Source: Antedon mediterranea | Lineage: Eukaryota > Animalia > Echinodermata | Direction of reading: 5' to 3' | Assembly (NCBI RefSeq): GCF_964355755.1 | Contig: NC_092671.1 | Location: 3,286,001 to 3,350,000 of the forward strand | Length of the DNA: 64,000 bases | Part shown: positions 26,145 to 40,600 of the stretch, one piece after another | How the letters are laid out: the number at the start of each line of letters is the position of its first letter | Numbering within the stretch: the first letter of the stretch is position 1 | The notes under the pieces: model-generated | What the model saw: the letters and a program-made list of their open reading frames with translations, nothing else | Told to the model about the DNA's origin: nothing | Databases searched by the model: none | Position numbers and translations under genes: made by a program

Positions 26145-27838
26145 ACAGCAATAGACAAAGATGATGAACAGCAGGCAATAAGCTGACAAGCTGATCAAAT
26201 ATCCCATTGTATTGACAGTTAGGTAGCAGAAAACCCACTAAGCTAATGATTTTAGTATTATGTGTACCAATTTTTGTCATGTAAATGTGTAAATTCATCA
26301 TCTGACATAGTACTGTGGTAATCACAGTAACATTTTTAGTATTTTTTATTCTGTTTGATCTTCCTAAAAGTATCTTCCTATTAAGCCTGGTTCCATAGAA
26401 TGCTGCTAGGAGCACACCCCGGTTGTGTCGCACAAAAATCGGCAAGGTCAGACCAGTCAGTGTCATATAACGCAGTTGAGAGTACACTGCGATTGTGTCA
26501 CTGACAAATAGGCAAAGTTGGATCGTTGTCAAGCCAGGTTCCATAACGCAATTGTGTCTCAATTAATTCAGCTAAAACAGTTTCACCTTTACCAATTTAT
26601 CTGTGGCAAATCACCAGCCCTTCCCAATCGTGTTGGTTGTCACAGTGACATCTTAGCAGTTTTATGGAAACCTGGCATTAATCTTACTTTATAAGAGGTT
26701 CTAGCAATGTATGTATATAACGTGTGCAATTGTTTAATATTATTAGAGGTGATCATAGGGATTCTTAGAGGTAATACATACACCGCTGTATATTTTTACA
26801 GTGTAGGGTTTGGTGAATCATTGCATCAATTGTTTAAATCTATTTTTTAATTAGTACTATTTCTAACTTTTTACCTTGACAGTATGTATTATATTTCATT
26901 TTTTTACAATTTTAACTTAATTTTTCAAATGTTCTACCTCTTCTTTGTTAGAAAAATTTAATTAATTAATATTATATATTATCAGTTGTTTATAAATTAT
27001 TAAAGAAAAAAGAAAGAATTATTTGTATATAAGATATTATATTGTAAAAGAACATTCCATACAATCAACTTTCTCAAAACTGAACTTTCTAATAACTTGA
27101 ATCTTTTCCTAAAGTAAACTAAGAAGTTCCAAATGCTATAATTTCAATTTTTTTCAGAAAGCAAGACATTTGTGGCAGGCCAAACTTTGGCAAGTCCAAG
27201 TGTGTTTTGTATTGGGGGAGTTGAATGTGTCAATTTAAGAGTTTGATCAATTATATTATGAGCCCACCAGTTTTTAAATGTATATTAAATTTTTCTGTGG
27301 TAGTCTAGTTTATAGCATGTAAGAGGGAATAGTCAATGTTATGTAACCGAAATGGTGGCATATTCTGTGCTGATTTTAGTTTGAATCTGAGCAATAAGAT
27401 ACAAATACTGCAGTTAAATTCGTCTATTTAATTGCAGTACATTGTAGCTTAGTGTCAAAGGTCATAATAGGCCTCTGTTTTGATGTGTGTTGATTTTTGT
27501 AACAACCTTAAATTGTATAGTATGACAACAGGTCTTTGTATCTGAAGTCACAACTGAATAAACCCAAAGATTGTTGGCAAGAAGTATTGTATTATTCTTT
27601 AATGTATAATGGTTTTAGTTTTCAGAAGAGAACCCATTTTGAGGTGAAAATCTAAAAGGACTTTTTTTGCAGGGGAAGATCAAGCCTATTCACATCCCTC
27701 CACTTTGTAATGTTTTCCTTCTTTTCAATAAGAGGGTACATTTTAAATGTTAACATGTCAGTACACAGATAAATTAATCAGACTATTTAGGTCAACGTAC
27801 GGGCCAAACAGATACCTACTATCTATACAGCAGTCCTT

Positions 27839-28093
27839 AGGGATCCGCGTCAAAATGATTTTACTGCAGTAGACCGAAGTATTTTAGAGATTTTACTGCA
27901 GTAAACCGAAGTATTTCTTAATGCAATAATGTATGGTTGTAGTTTATTATAATAAAGAAGTTTATGGAACAGTCACTGCAGTAAACAGTGTGTATGTTTA
28001 TTCAAAAAAACCTTGCTAATAATAATGCATAAACATTTTAAAAATATTGTAAACAAAATCTAGTTAACTGCCTATAATTTCGACACGGTCCCT
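27839..28093. mobile_element. MITE family 3 (AGGGA..TCCCT ends, TACTGCAGTA motifs)
   Basis: AGGGATCCGCGTCAAAAT..ATTTCGACACGGTCCCT. Related copies at about 57970-58174 and 62935-63100. Confidence 0.65.
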
Positions 28094-28729
28094 TTAGACC
28101 TGAGCTAATTGTGATAATATTGTATAACTTGTATGATGTAGTAGGTTTATAAACGTGTGTGTGTTTTCAGAAATCAGAAATAGTATCACTGTATATAACC
28201 TACACCAAATAACTTAGCTGATTGTGGATCACGAGATGTTATTATTATCATTATTGCCATTGCCAACAAATTCAAAGGAAGTACTAAACATAACATTTTG
28301 CATTGTGCATCTATTGAAAGAAAGTGTATAGACCGTGGAGCTTTTTGTGACATCATGTACCACAATTCATAAGCAAATTGCATTATGAATACTCTTTAGA
28401 AAGCTGACCTGAAATAGGTAGTGGTACTAGGCAGTTGCTGCTCCGAAATCGTCATTTCGGTTCTGTTTTACTGGGGAAGAGTGAATCACTCTTCCCTGGT
28501 TTTACAGTTTAGGTTTTTCAAGTTCAATTTCTACGTCAATAATATGTGAGTTTGCAATTTATTAAGGAGACACTTTGACGGCCAACACCAGGGCAGGGGA
28601 CATCTCTTAACCTTAATTAATTGCTGATAATGTCCCCTTAAAAATGTCTACTGTTCATAAACGAACGGCTTTTATTTTAAATACATCATTTTTTTTTCAG
28701 AAAGGAAGACAGAACATTGAATCGTCATC

Positions 28730-31700
28730 ATGGCATCAGGTAATGTACAAATGGTGTAAATTGTTTTTGTGGTGTATCATAAAGTTTGTAAAATTATTTT
28801 CTATAATTTTCTTTTTTTTCTAATCATTTTATAGATTTTAACGTGGATTTAGTGAACGTATCACATTGGTACGATAAACATAACCTCTTGAGACAGCTGA
28901 AAGTTTTATACAAAGATTTAATTGCAGTAGCGGACATAGACAAAGCACGTAAAACTATAGATTTACTGCATGAATTAATGAAATTTGGACATCTAAGTTC
29001 GGAAAACTTGATGTTGCTTTATGAAACAATCAAAGTAACCAGAACGTTTGGTGCTATCGAAGTATTCCAAAATGTCTTCCTCGAAGTTCAAGAAATTGAA
29101 ATTACACAATTCAGCTCATATCGACTAAGCATTGTAGATTTCGGAAATAAACTGGGACGAGCTGATATCGACAAAATTGATGAACTTTACAATGTTCCCT
29201 TAAAGAATTATGAAGATCAATGGAGTATGATCATGGATTTGGAACACAGAAATATACTCTGTGAAGAAAACATTGAAAATTTCATTACTAGTATAAGAAA
29301 GATTGGACTACAGTCAGTTGCGGAATCTCTGACTAAAGGTAAGTCTATGCTGGCTAGATTTGTCATCTCTCCGAGATGTCTTCTGTAGCACATATTGCAA
29401 CTGCCAACTAATTAATAAATTAGATATCTCTATGATGGATGGAAAGGGAAAGATATATTAACGACTTACATTTTCACCAGTAAAAGATTAACGAACAATT
29501 ACATCTAGATTTGCTTTCTCTAAACAACTTAAAGAATTACTTTTATCTAAGTATATAAAAGAATAATCTATAATTTACAATGTTTTTATATATTGTTAAT
29601 TCATCAGATATTATCTATTGAACTGATATGGTTTTGTTTATTACAGTATAGTACATACAGCACTTTATGTTATGTTATTTATTTATTATTCAACATTTTT
29701 TGTTTTGTTTTTGACGTTATCAAATTTTTATTTTCTTTTAAGTTCTGTTATTTATTTGTTAATTTTGTAGCTTAAGTTAGTTAAGATAAAAGGTACCAAG
29801 CTTGATTAGCTTCGGCTATACCTTGGCTACCTTTTGTATTAAATTGTTTTTTGTTTGATACAATAAAGAAGAAAGACAACTTTATTCTAAAAAATATTCT
29901 TTATCCGGAACTTTCCCATAAGTATTTTTTTATTTGATCTTGGTCTTTAGTCAATAGATGTTCAAATAAATCCTTTCTTTTGAGTTTGTTGAATTTCATT
30001 ATATTTCTTCTCTTTTTCTTACTTTACAGAATTGCCTAGCTGTAGTAGGCATATTGAAGAAAAGGATGCTAAACAAGAAACTAGTGAGTTACATTATCAT
30101 AATACAATATTCAATTTTTATTTAATTAACAGCATTGAATCAAATTTCTCTTGTTGTGGTGTAACTACTGACCACAAGTTTTAGCAAACTTCATTGGCAG
30201 TATTTTTTATTACAATGGATGTTCACATATGCCACGGTTCCAAATATGTAGCGTCTTAAAAATAAATATAAATAAACTACATTTCATAGTTTTATAACAC
30301 CACAATGTATATACATTTGCAGAGTAACTATAATTCCCGCTGATATATTGGAAATTAATTCATAATTTTTTTAAACATGTATTTGATAACATTGTAATAT
30401 TATTAATTCTTAATTTAATTCAAATATAATTTCCAAGTTACTAAATCACACTATTTGTTTTTTTATTAAGACTCCAAGAAGATAGAAGAATATCTGCTAA
30501 GAACACAAAAGGCATTGTGTGAAAACGCCTATACATTTACACCAGAAGTAATGAGTGCTAGATACAACGTCGACATGTCTCAGTTGTTTACCGATATAGA
30601 GCTACTCAAGGAAAGTAAAAAGAATCAAGGTGGCAAACCAACAACATTAGATGAGGTGGTAGATGTTTTAAACTCTATGCCTAAATGTAAAGCTCTTATA
30701 GACGGTGAGGGAGGTATTGGTAAAACTACTATATTAAGGTATTTATCATACAACTGGGCTACCAGGCAATCAATATTTGAAGATAAAATTGTATTTCTTT
30801 TATGTGCAAGAGATTTAGACAAAGGGGAGGACATTTTAGATCTTATAGTAAAGCAACTGGATATGAAAGATTTCAATTTAGATACAGATCTTCCAGATGA
30901 TCCAAGGTTGATAAAAAAATTCATAAAGAAACATGAAAGTAAAATTGTGTTGTTGGTTGATGGATTAGATGAATTAAGATTTAATAATCAATGCGTAATC
31001 AATCTTTTCAGAAAGAAATACTTAGAGAAAAGTACTTTGATACTTACTTCACGATCAGAAAACATAGATGAATTCATAAAAGCATGTAATGTACACATAA
31101 GAGTAAAGGGATTTAACAAAGAGAGCATAGGGAATTATATTGACAAATATTTTGTTTATTTTGAAAAACCACAATTGGGAGAATCCTTTAGAAAGGAATT
31201 TGATATTGACACAACTAGAGCTGGGCGAAAACACTCGAAAGCATATTCAATGAGCAAAAATCCAATGTTACTTCTTGCAATGTGTATGCTGTGGGAAGAA
31301 ACACAAATTATTCCTGATGATAATGCAGACCTTTTTAAAGAAATATTTCGTAGTATTTTAAATCAGTTTAATAAGCAGGAAAACATTCCAAAGATTTCTA
31401 AATTTGAAGAAACTCCTAAAAAGTGTCTAAATGCTATGATTTTGTTAGGAAAGTGTATGTACAATAGCCTAAAAGTAAATCAACTTTCAATAAAAAAGAA
31501 AGATTTGAATGAGGGACAAATGGACAAAGGTATGGTTGACTTGGCCCTAAAACTAGGGTTTGTTTACGAAGAAGCACCAATTTCAAAATCTAACTTTGAA
31601 ATCTTTCTCATGCCTCATCACAAGTTAATAGTTGAGTCATTGGTAGGATTTTACTTGTACAAATTATGTGAAAGTGAAGATATAGAGATGAAATATACAA

Positions 31701-32848
31701 CGGTTACAAGGAAATTATTTGCAACATTGGATGATAATGAATGGGAGGTAATAAGAGAAAGTCGGTATTTAAGAGGGACGAGGGAGTTTGCTATTGGTTT
31801 CCTCGGAAATAACGCTTGTGCATTTCTAAAGCATTGGATTACAGATCATTTATCAACATATCGATTTTTACCGAGAAATTTAAAGTTGGTTAGAAAACAA
31901 CATGAGATTAATGTGGTTGATGCATTAATCAATTACATGACTAGCAAGGATTTAGAAATAAATAAACATATAGATGATATATCTACCTCCATAAGAATGC
32001 TTATTGATCACATTAGTCCAGGTGTAAATTGTGATGGGCATTTCATACATCTAATTTTGCAACTTTTTGACATGAATTATAATGGTGCAAAATTATTTGC
32101 AATGATTGAAGAATTCAGTAAATTTTGTAGTAGAATGGTATCAGATTGTAATGGAAGAGTTGTTGCGCACATTTTAGGCATTGAAGCTAAATGTAAGGAT
32201 GTTAAGATTCATGGTCTATCAGGTAAAGTAATGAATCAAATGATCAGAGAGTGTTTACGTAGACAAGTTCAAATAGTATTAGAAGAACTTGACATTCGTA
32301 ATAATAACCTCCTCAACATTGATGGTACTTTACTGGGATCTTTATTGGTTATGTCTCCGAAGCTATGTAGGCTTTACATGCATAATTGTAATCTATCAGG
32401 TGATGTAATGAATCAAATGATCAGAGAGTGTTTAAACAGCGAGGTACAATTAGCATTAGAATATCTTGATATCAGTTTTAATAATCTCAGAAACATTGAT
32501 GGTACTTTACTGGGTTCTTTATTGATTATGTCTCCTAAGCTGATTGATCTTGACATGGGTAGATGCACTCTATCTGGTGACATAATAAATCAAATGATCA
32601 GAGAGTGTTCAAGTAAAAGAGTTCAATTAGAAGTGAAAAGGTTTAATATCAGTGGTAATAATCTCAACAACTTTTTTGTTCCTTTACTGAGTCCTTTATT
32701 GATTATGTCTCCTAAGCTGGATACCCTTTCTGTAGTTAATTGCAATTTATCTGATGACATAATAAATCACATGGGCAAAGAGTGTTGGATTAGAGGAGTT
32801 GGATTGGTAATAATAGAGCTCAGTAACAGATATAATAATAAATATTGA
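28730..32848 (+). CDS. NLR immune receptor: tandem death-fold (DED-like) domains, NACHT, LRRs; ~981 aa
   Basis: Exons 28730-28739, 28835-29338, 30030-30083, 30471-32848 (2946 nt). Walker A GEGGIGKT, Walker B LLVDGLDE, LTSR, NPMLL, HKLIVESL. C-terminal LxxLdIxxNnL repeats. The N-terminal exon has two helical death-fold-like units; the DED call is by resemblance only. Confidence 0.88.
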
Positions 32849-34604
32849 GTGTTGTCTCTTAAGCTGGCCTGAAACGAGTAATCTGTCAAATGAAAGATTA
32901 TGTGATTCTGCGCATGTCAATTATTCGAAAATGTCCATGTACTATTAGTACAGGTCATTTTTTGAAAAATGCCCAACACATGTATTAATGTAACATAAAA
33001 AAAGGGTCGAAATTTTGTCATTTTTCCCAAATTTCCCTGTAAACTTCCAACTTAGAAATTGTTAAACATTTTCATATAGATTTGACAGATTTCAGTATAA
33101 TATTTCTATATTTCCAAAATAAATGAAGTAATCACACCATTATAGAAAATATACATTTTATTTTCTTAAAACCCTGTTTCACATAGGTTATCAGAAATAA
33201 ACTAATTGAAGCCTAGAGTTGTTTAAATTCCATAAGAAGTATATTGACATAATTAAAAAAATGTGTAACACTCATTTAATTTTAACACATTTTTCTTCTT
33301 TTTGTTTGTATTAGAGGTACCACAGGTTTAAACACATTTGTTTAATGTCTATCTTTAATGAAAGTATCTACAAAATATTAAAAACTATTTCCAATAAAAC
33401 AAAATAAAAATATATGACTGCATTGTGAAGCACAACAGAGATACATGGCGGCGTAAGGGACGTGTTGTGACCGACTTTACCTACTACACACAACTACAAT
33501 GGTAATTAACATTTTACAAACTAAATTGGGGGAGGGGTATCATCACCCATCAATTTACATCCCCTTAACATTAGCATTACATTTATTTCAGTTAAAAAAA
33601 TCTAAGTGGTTTGACTTTAGTGTGTACAAATAAAAATAAAGCTAAAATAGTAACATTACATACAAATAATATTAAATGAGATTAATGTATGTGTAATAAT
33701 ACAACAGTAACTACAGTACATTGGGTACTTTTTGTTTTATTACATTAAGATGATATTTTTATAACTTCTGTATGTGGAGTAGCTTTGTGTCAGGGAGCTG
33801 GGTAACTGGTTAGGTTTTTAACCATACTTGCCCAGGCTAGTGATCTGGAGGTCATGGGTTCAAATCCCAAACCAGAATTACTTAATTATCAATGTGTACC
33901 TAGTACCAAGTAGATTAAGAAAAGCATCAGACAAATAACATTATACATGTATGTGTAATAAATAATAAACTTGAATTTCTTGAATATTATTATATGGCCT
34001 GATTTTTTCTTGTGTGTACTACAGTACTGGATATAACAATGCTTATTCTACATGTTCATATCGGGACGTACATGGCAAGCAGAACAAAAATAGCACAGAA
34101 ATTTTCAACATAAAAATTAGTATTTTAAAACAAATTTCTTCACCTAATGTTTCATTAACATTATAAATTAACAAATTATATTGTGTTTTCATACGGTACA
34201 GTGTATGGTTACATGATCAGATGATTTTAAACACAAACAGTCAGCAACATTAAAACATGTTTGCTTTGGATGGGAGACAGATGGACTTAGACCGACAAAC
34301 ATTTGATAGAGATGGTCAACCATATGCTTTGTCTACACTATCAAACTATGTGTGATGTGCCCAAATATGGTAGTATTATGCCCAAATATGGTAGTGATAT
34401 GACATCATCGTGTCCATATATGGGTACTTCACATGTTTTTGTCCCATAAAGTGTTATAGTGTAAACAGACCTTTACACAAAACAGTTTATTTTGGATGGC
34501 AAACTGATACTGTTAATCACAACTTTTTTCTTCATTTACTAATGATGGTAAATCTTATAATATAATGTTTCTTCTTTTTCATTTCAATTAATAAGGTTTT
34601 ATGT

Positions 34605-37600
34605 TCACTTCATAATAACTGTATATGTACTGGTGTTTTCATCTGCAAATAAAAGTAAACATAAACAATCACATTAAAATAAATATTGATAAATGATGAA
34701 ACAACACTTTTTTGGTATAAAACATGGAAAAGAGAGACTATACATTTAAAATGTCAATTAATATTGCAATTTTCAAAAACATAAATTTAAAGCTCTGTCT
34801 ACACAATAAAAAACAAGGCCAACAGCCATTAAGTCGCGTGCTACAATGCATAGTGATACCGGACCGACAGACAGACCGACAGACAGACCGACCGACCGAC
34901 ATAGTGAACTATACTGACCGAAATTACTGAACAATGTTGTTAAAAATGTTGAAATGTTTAAAAACAGTTATATTTTTTTAATTTACACGTGCGTAGCCTG
35001 TCACTTTTGATGTGCTCGTATAACGTAATTTCGAGTTGAAAAGTAAGTCAAGAAAACAGAAATTGGGCAAAAAGAGTGCGCAACAGCATTTAACGCGCAG
35101 TGCGCGCGCAAAAATTTGCGCACTCATGGCAATTTTGTAAACGCTTAAAATTGCCTGAAATGTACTCTTATTTCGTCGAAAATAAATTTTGAAAATTTTA
35201 AGCGCGCGTACGCATGCGTTACATGCGCTACGCACGTAATTGTATTGCCATATGATGATTTATGCCCTGAAATTTATGAGTACCAAATTTTATTTAATTG
35301 TGATTCATGGTTGTGAAGATATCATTACAAACGTGATTTCGTTAAATCGTGCGTAGACCGCGTAATTTTTTATTGCGCACCGTGAAAACATAACCACATC
35401 GATTCCTGGCCATAAGGAATATACTGTGAAAAATTGACTTAGCTAGATTAAACTGATATCAAGATAAGGTCAGAAAGCGATAAAACGCATAGTGATACCG
35501 GACCGACAGACCGACAGACCGACCGACCGACCGACATAGTGAACTATAGAGTCGCTTCCACGCGACTAAAAATCACTATTCTGTAAATCTTGGGTGAATT
35601 CAGGTATAACAAGGCCAACAGCCATTAAGTCGCGTGCTACAATGCATAGTGATACCGGACCGACAGACAGACCGACAGACCGACAGACAGACCGACCGAC
35701 CGACATAGTGAACTATACTGACCGAAATTACTGAACATGTTTAAAAATGTTGAAATGTTTAAAAACATTTATATTTTTTTAATTTACACGTGCGTAGCCT
35801 GTCACTTTTGACGTGCTTGTATAACGTAATTTCGAGTTGAAAAGTAAGTCAAGAAAACAGAAATCGGGCAAAAAGAGTTCGCAATAACATTTAACGCGCA
35901 GTGCGCACGCAAAAATATGCGCACTCATGGCAATTTTATAAACGCTTAAAATTGCCTGAAACGTACTCTTATTTCATCGAAAATAAGTTTTGAAAATTTT
36001 AAGCGCGCGTACGCATGCGTTACATGCGCTACGCACGTAATTGTATTGCCATATGATGATTTATGCCCTGAAATTTATGAGTACCAAATTTTATTTAATT
36101 GTGATTCATGGTTGTGAAGATATGATTACAAACGTGATTTCGTTAAATCGTGCGTAGACCGCGTAATTTTTTATTGCGCACCGTGAAAACATAACCACAT
36201 CGATTCCTGGCCATAAGGAATATTCTGTGAAAAATTGACTTAGCTAGATTAAACTGATATCAAGATAAGGTCAGAAAGCAATAAAACGCATAGTGATACC
36301 GGACCGACAGACAGACAGACAGACCGACCGACAGACAGACAGACCGACCGACCAACCGACATAGTGAACTATAGAATCGCTTCCACGCGACTAAAAAGTG
36401 ATGTTCCTAAATTTGACAGTGATATGCCCAAATATGGTAGTGATATGACATCATCAAGTCCATATATGGGCACATTTTGTTGTCACATAAAGTTTTATAG
36501 AGCAGACAGAGCTTAATATTTGAATCCAAGATATATTATCTACAAAAATAGATAACTTACCTTTAACTGTTTGTAATGCATAGTAACTTTCTTCAAGGAA
36601 ATTTTGAACCATCTAAAAAAGGAAAGAAATACTTTACAACAACAATGCAAAATGTCATCACTACTGGAAAACTGAAACCTGTTTTCATTCTACAAAGAAA
36701 ACATTGGATTGGTTTTTTTCCTATTTGAAGAGAAAGAGTTGAAAATTGTTTATTTCGGTCATAAGTTAAGAAAAGATGACTTTAAAAGATCTGTGCTCTG
36801 CATACCACACTTCTTAAAATATACATCCTTCATGTTTAGTACATGTATATGTGGGTGGTGTATGTGGAAATAAAGAAAATATTTTAATTTACCTCATCGC
36901 TCACTAAAACATGAATCCCTGTCGGACCTTGACGAATTACTTTGGATATACTTTCAGGAGTAACGCTATATAAATCTGATAATTTAATTTTTAATTCCTC
37001 CAAACATGGACGTTCCAGATAGACTGCATGGTACACTGATAACAAGAACAAGAATTATGGTTACTGTAAATAAATAAAATCTTTTTCTACAAGTTAATTT
37101 ATAATTTGCAACACAATATTTAAATTATTACTTACCACTTTCCGATTCCTGGCACACATAAATAGTTAATCGAGGTCTCATATGTCTGTAAAAAGAGAAA
37201 CAAAATAGAGAAAGAAAATAAACAAATAAAATAAATAAATAATAGATTAAAATTTAACTTTATATAACTAAGGTCTAAATTATAATTGAACAATACGAAA
37301 ACATGCAGCTTTTGAGTCAAAATCAGTGTATGCTCAGAAAATGTGAATGTGAGGAATGACTGTAAGACTCAATAGCTACATATATGTATATGGTGCGTTG
37401 TAAAACTAGGTATACATTGCTTGTTGAAACAATGACAATTATGATAATCAGATATGACATATTTTATTAATGTTAAATAAACAATTGCTGGCTGGTGCTT
37501 GGACTTAAAATCAGTTATATGTGTAACTGTGGAATACCCTTGAGAGCTAAACCAGTTATCATTTGGATGATGAAAAATTTACCCAGCAAGGTCATATTTC

Positions 37601-40600
37601 ATGCATCTTTTTACACTAGTAAGGTCAAATTACTCCTTATCTTGCATTTGATCAACTTGCGTTTTAAAGTGTAATTGAAAAATCCACCTTATGATGTGGT
37701 TTTTGAAACAGCTAATTTAAGACAAAATTTACACCACAAGCGACCATTACACGTGTAAATTGTTACGTCTGAACGGGCTCAATGAAGTAAAATAATCAAT
37801 ACAAATAACAAAGCAGTATTCCTACCTGTCTTGGAGGGCATTGTTTAGCCTAATACCATCAGCTGTACCTAGAATTTGAATTAGTTCATCCTTACTCAGC
37901 CTCAACAAGTCAGCACCTGGCAATATAAAAAATGTTTTAAAATGAATAGAATATCATTTGTCTTTTTCTGAAATTTTGAGTTTTGACCATAAATTTGCAA
38001 AACTTGAAATAATAAATATATAATGTTTTTTTAACAAGTTGATAATCAAATGAGTTCAGGAACGTGGAATTGTATATGTTAAGTATATTATTAAAAGAAA
38101 ATAATATTAAAATACAAAATCTTTTATTTTGTTTTAAATTCAATTAACATAGTAAATATTACTAGTTTATTAGTAATAACATACCTGAGTAATTTTGGAA
38201 CGTTTTACAATAGGAAGTAAATCTGTTTTTCTTTAACCATTCTTGAGTTACTAGTGGCGTCGCGTGAGAGCTAAGTGGCTAGAAAAACAAAAACCATCAA
38301 ATATTATAGACAGTGGAAAAATAAGTAGGGTCACAACAGGCCTTTTGTTGGATTATTAATAATATCCTGGATTTATATAGCGCCTAATGTTGTGAAACCT
38401 CTAAGCGCTGAACATAAACTAATACAATAAAAGGGATTCCAACCATGGTAAAAAACCCTAAACCAGGGATCGGTATAAATGGCTTGGAGTCACTACTTTT
38501 TTTATAGATACCTCTTATAGTAACCGGACAAAAATAATATTCTTGTTTTAAAGTTTTAATTTTCTAATTGCATAATTGCTTAATCAAAAAGATCAGGATC
38601 AGAAGAAATGTTTAAGTTGTGAAAAAGAGCAGCAGGTGTCAAGACAGGTTAGATTTTACTTACATTAAAATCAACGCCAGGTAAAGGTTCATTGTTATCT
38701 TCGTGTTCTACTTTGTTATTACATGACGACAGAGTAGAACTTTAAAAAGAGAAAAAAAAAAAAAAAGTTAATATTAATAATTTTTGGAAAACAAACTGGA
38801 AAAAAATATTGAAACTTGAATCTAAAAAGCAACAAAGAAATAACAGGAATTATAGAATATAGATTCCATGTATATAATGTAATGTTGATAAAAGGTAAAT
38901 ATAGCCTAACAGCTTGCTGTTACTTTACATACCAGTCTAGTGAGAGAAAGGACGAATCACCTTCATATACAGTTGAATTGGTAATTGATGTATTGGAAAT
39001 GTTGTTATCCTTACAAACCTTAGAACAAGAAGAAAATATGTTATCTAAACGTAGTATATTGCCATCAAATTTTATTCCAATTAAGAAAGCAATAACATGT
39101 TTGGTTCTTGGTGTGATAATAATAATAATAAAGTATACTGAGAATGGGTGCAGGGGAACCTGATATAAACTGCAGGCCCCCATAACTGCTGGAGCATCAA
39201 CAGGGGCTGAATTTAAAAAAGAACACTGGGGTATGTAACCATCTTCTCATCACGAAATATGCCCTTGGTGTACCCGAGACAAATACTGGATTTCTATTTT
39301 TAAGTCCTTATCCATCATGATGGATGAGAGACTTGAACCTGTGCCAATATTATGACTTTGGTTTGCAGCGCCCTCTTTTAACCACTTGGGTCACTCGACT
39401 TGATGATGCTTTTCCCGAAATCCACATGAGGTCCTAATGCCATGTCCGAGATTCTTTTGTATAACCAGGAAAATGAAATACCCTACTCTACTCAATACCC
39501 TTCCTAATAGATTTGTTGCAACTAACCTTAGATTCTACAGGACTTAAAAACATGTTGCTCAAACTAAGTTCCCTAAGAACTGTGCAATCATATGATGGCT
39601 GGTACTTGTCTTTATCAACTTTCTTTTCCATTTTTTCTCGATCTGTTTTATGTTTCCTATCTGCTCCTTTTGGCTATAAAGAAAAACAAACATGATCCCA
39701 ATTAAAGAAAAATATGCATTTGGAATTCAAATATTTAAAAACGAAAAAAAATTGTCATTAAAGGTGGTATTCAAATGAACTATAGCACCTCATATTACAT
39801 CGACCAATTTCATCCGTTTCAGACCTTTTATGTTTACAGCTAAACTGCAATGATTGGTTGCAGCGTTTTTTAAAGGAAGTTACCTCCTGCATGCGATCAA
39901 CTAGGGAAAGATTTTTCAGGGTAGAAAACAGTGATTGTGGGGGTAGTGGTTGGTCAGTATCTGTTCCCTGTACCACCTTATATGAAAGATAGTGTGTAAA
40001 TTGTGTATTTGTTAACAAGTGGCAGTTAGTAATTTTGGGTATGATATGGAGTGGACACATTTCCAACCAGGATCTGTCATAGTTCTAGATCTGTTTCTTG
40101 TCCTAATTTAATTCAATCCTTACCTTAAAGACTTTAACCTGACAGCTTGCTGAGTGCAATGGAGTATCTCCCTGTGTGTCTTTATCATTGATGTATGTGT
40201 CAACTTGGATCCTGAATATCACACCTTTCTCACCTCCATGTTTCTTGGCAGTGAACTCTGTACTAATACAATGCACCTATAAAAACAAAACATACTTTTT
40301 GATCTTTCAACTGCTATGCTAATTGACATACCTATTGACATACCTATACCAGTGAAATGACCGAGGCGCTGTTTACTCTAAACAGCCAACAATATCAGCA
40401 TGGGTTAGAGGCCGACTTGCTCCTAGTTCTGGTGGTGAAACAAGTCTTCTCTAAAGGACTATAAACTGTAAGTCCAGTGTACGGTGGACTGGTTCACAGC
40501 CTCTGTATCAGGGGGACTACCACCTATCTGATAGGACAGTGATTGATTTAATATTGGTAATCCTTGTCAACATATGCCTAACGACATAAAATAAATACCC

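Noticed and set aside
26062-26562. 166-aa minus-strand ORF
   Set aside because: Overlaps the KIF28 last exon and 3'UTR plus a MITE-like inverted repeat; no coding signature.
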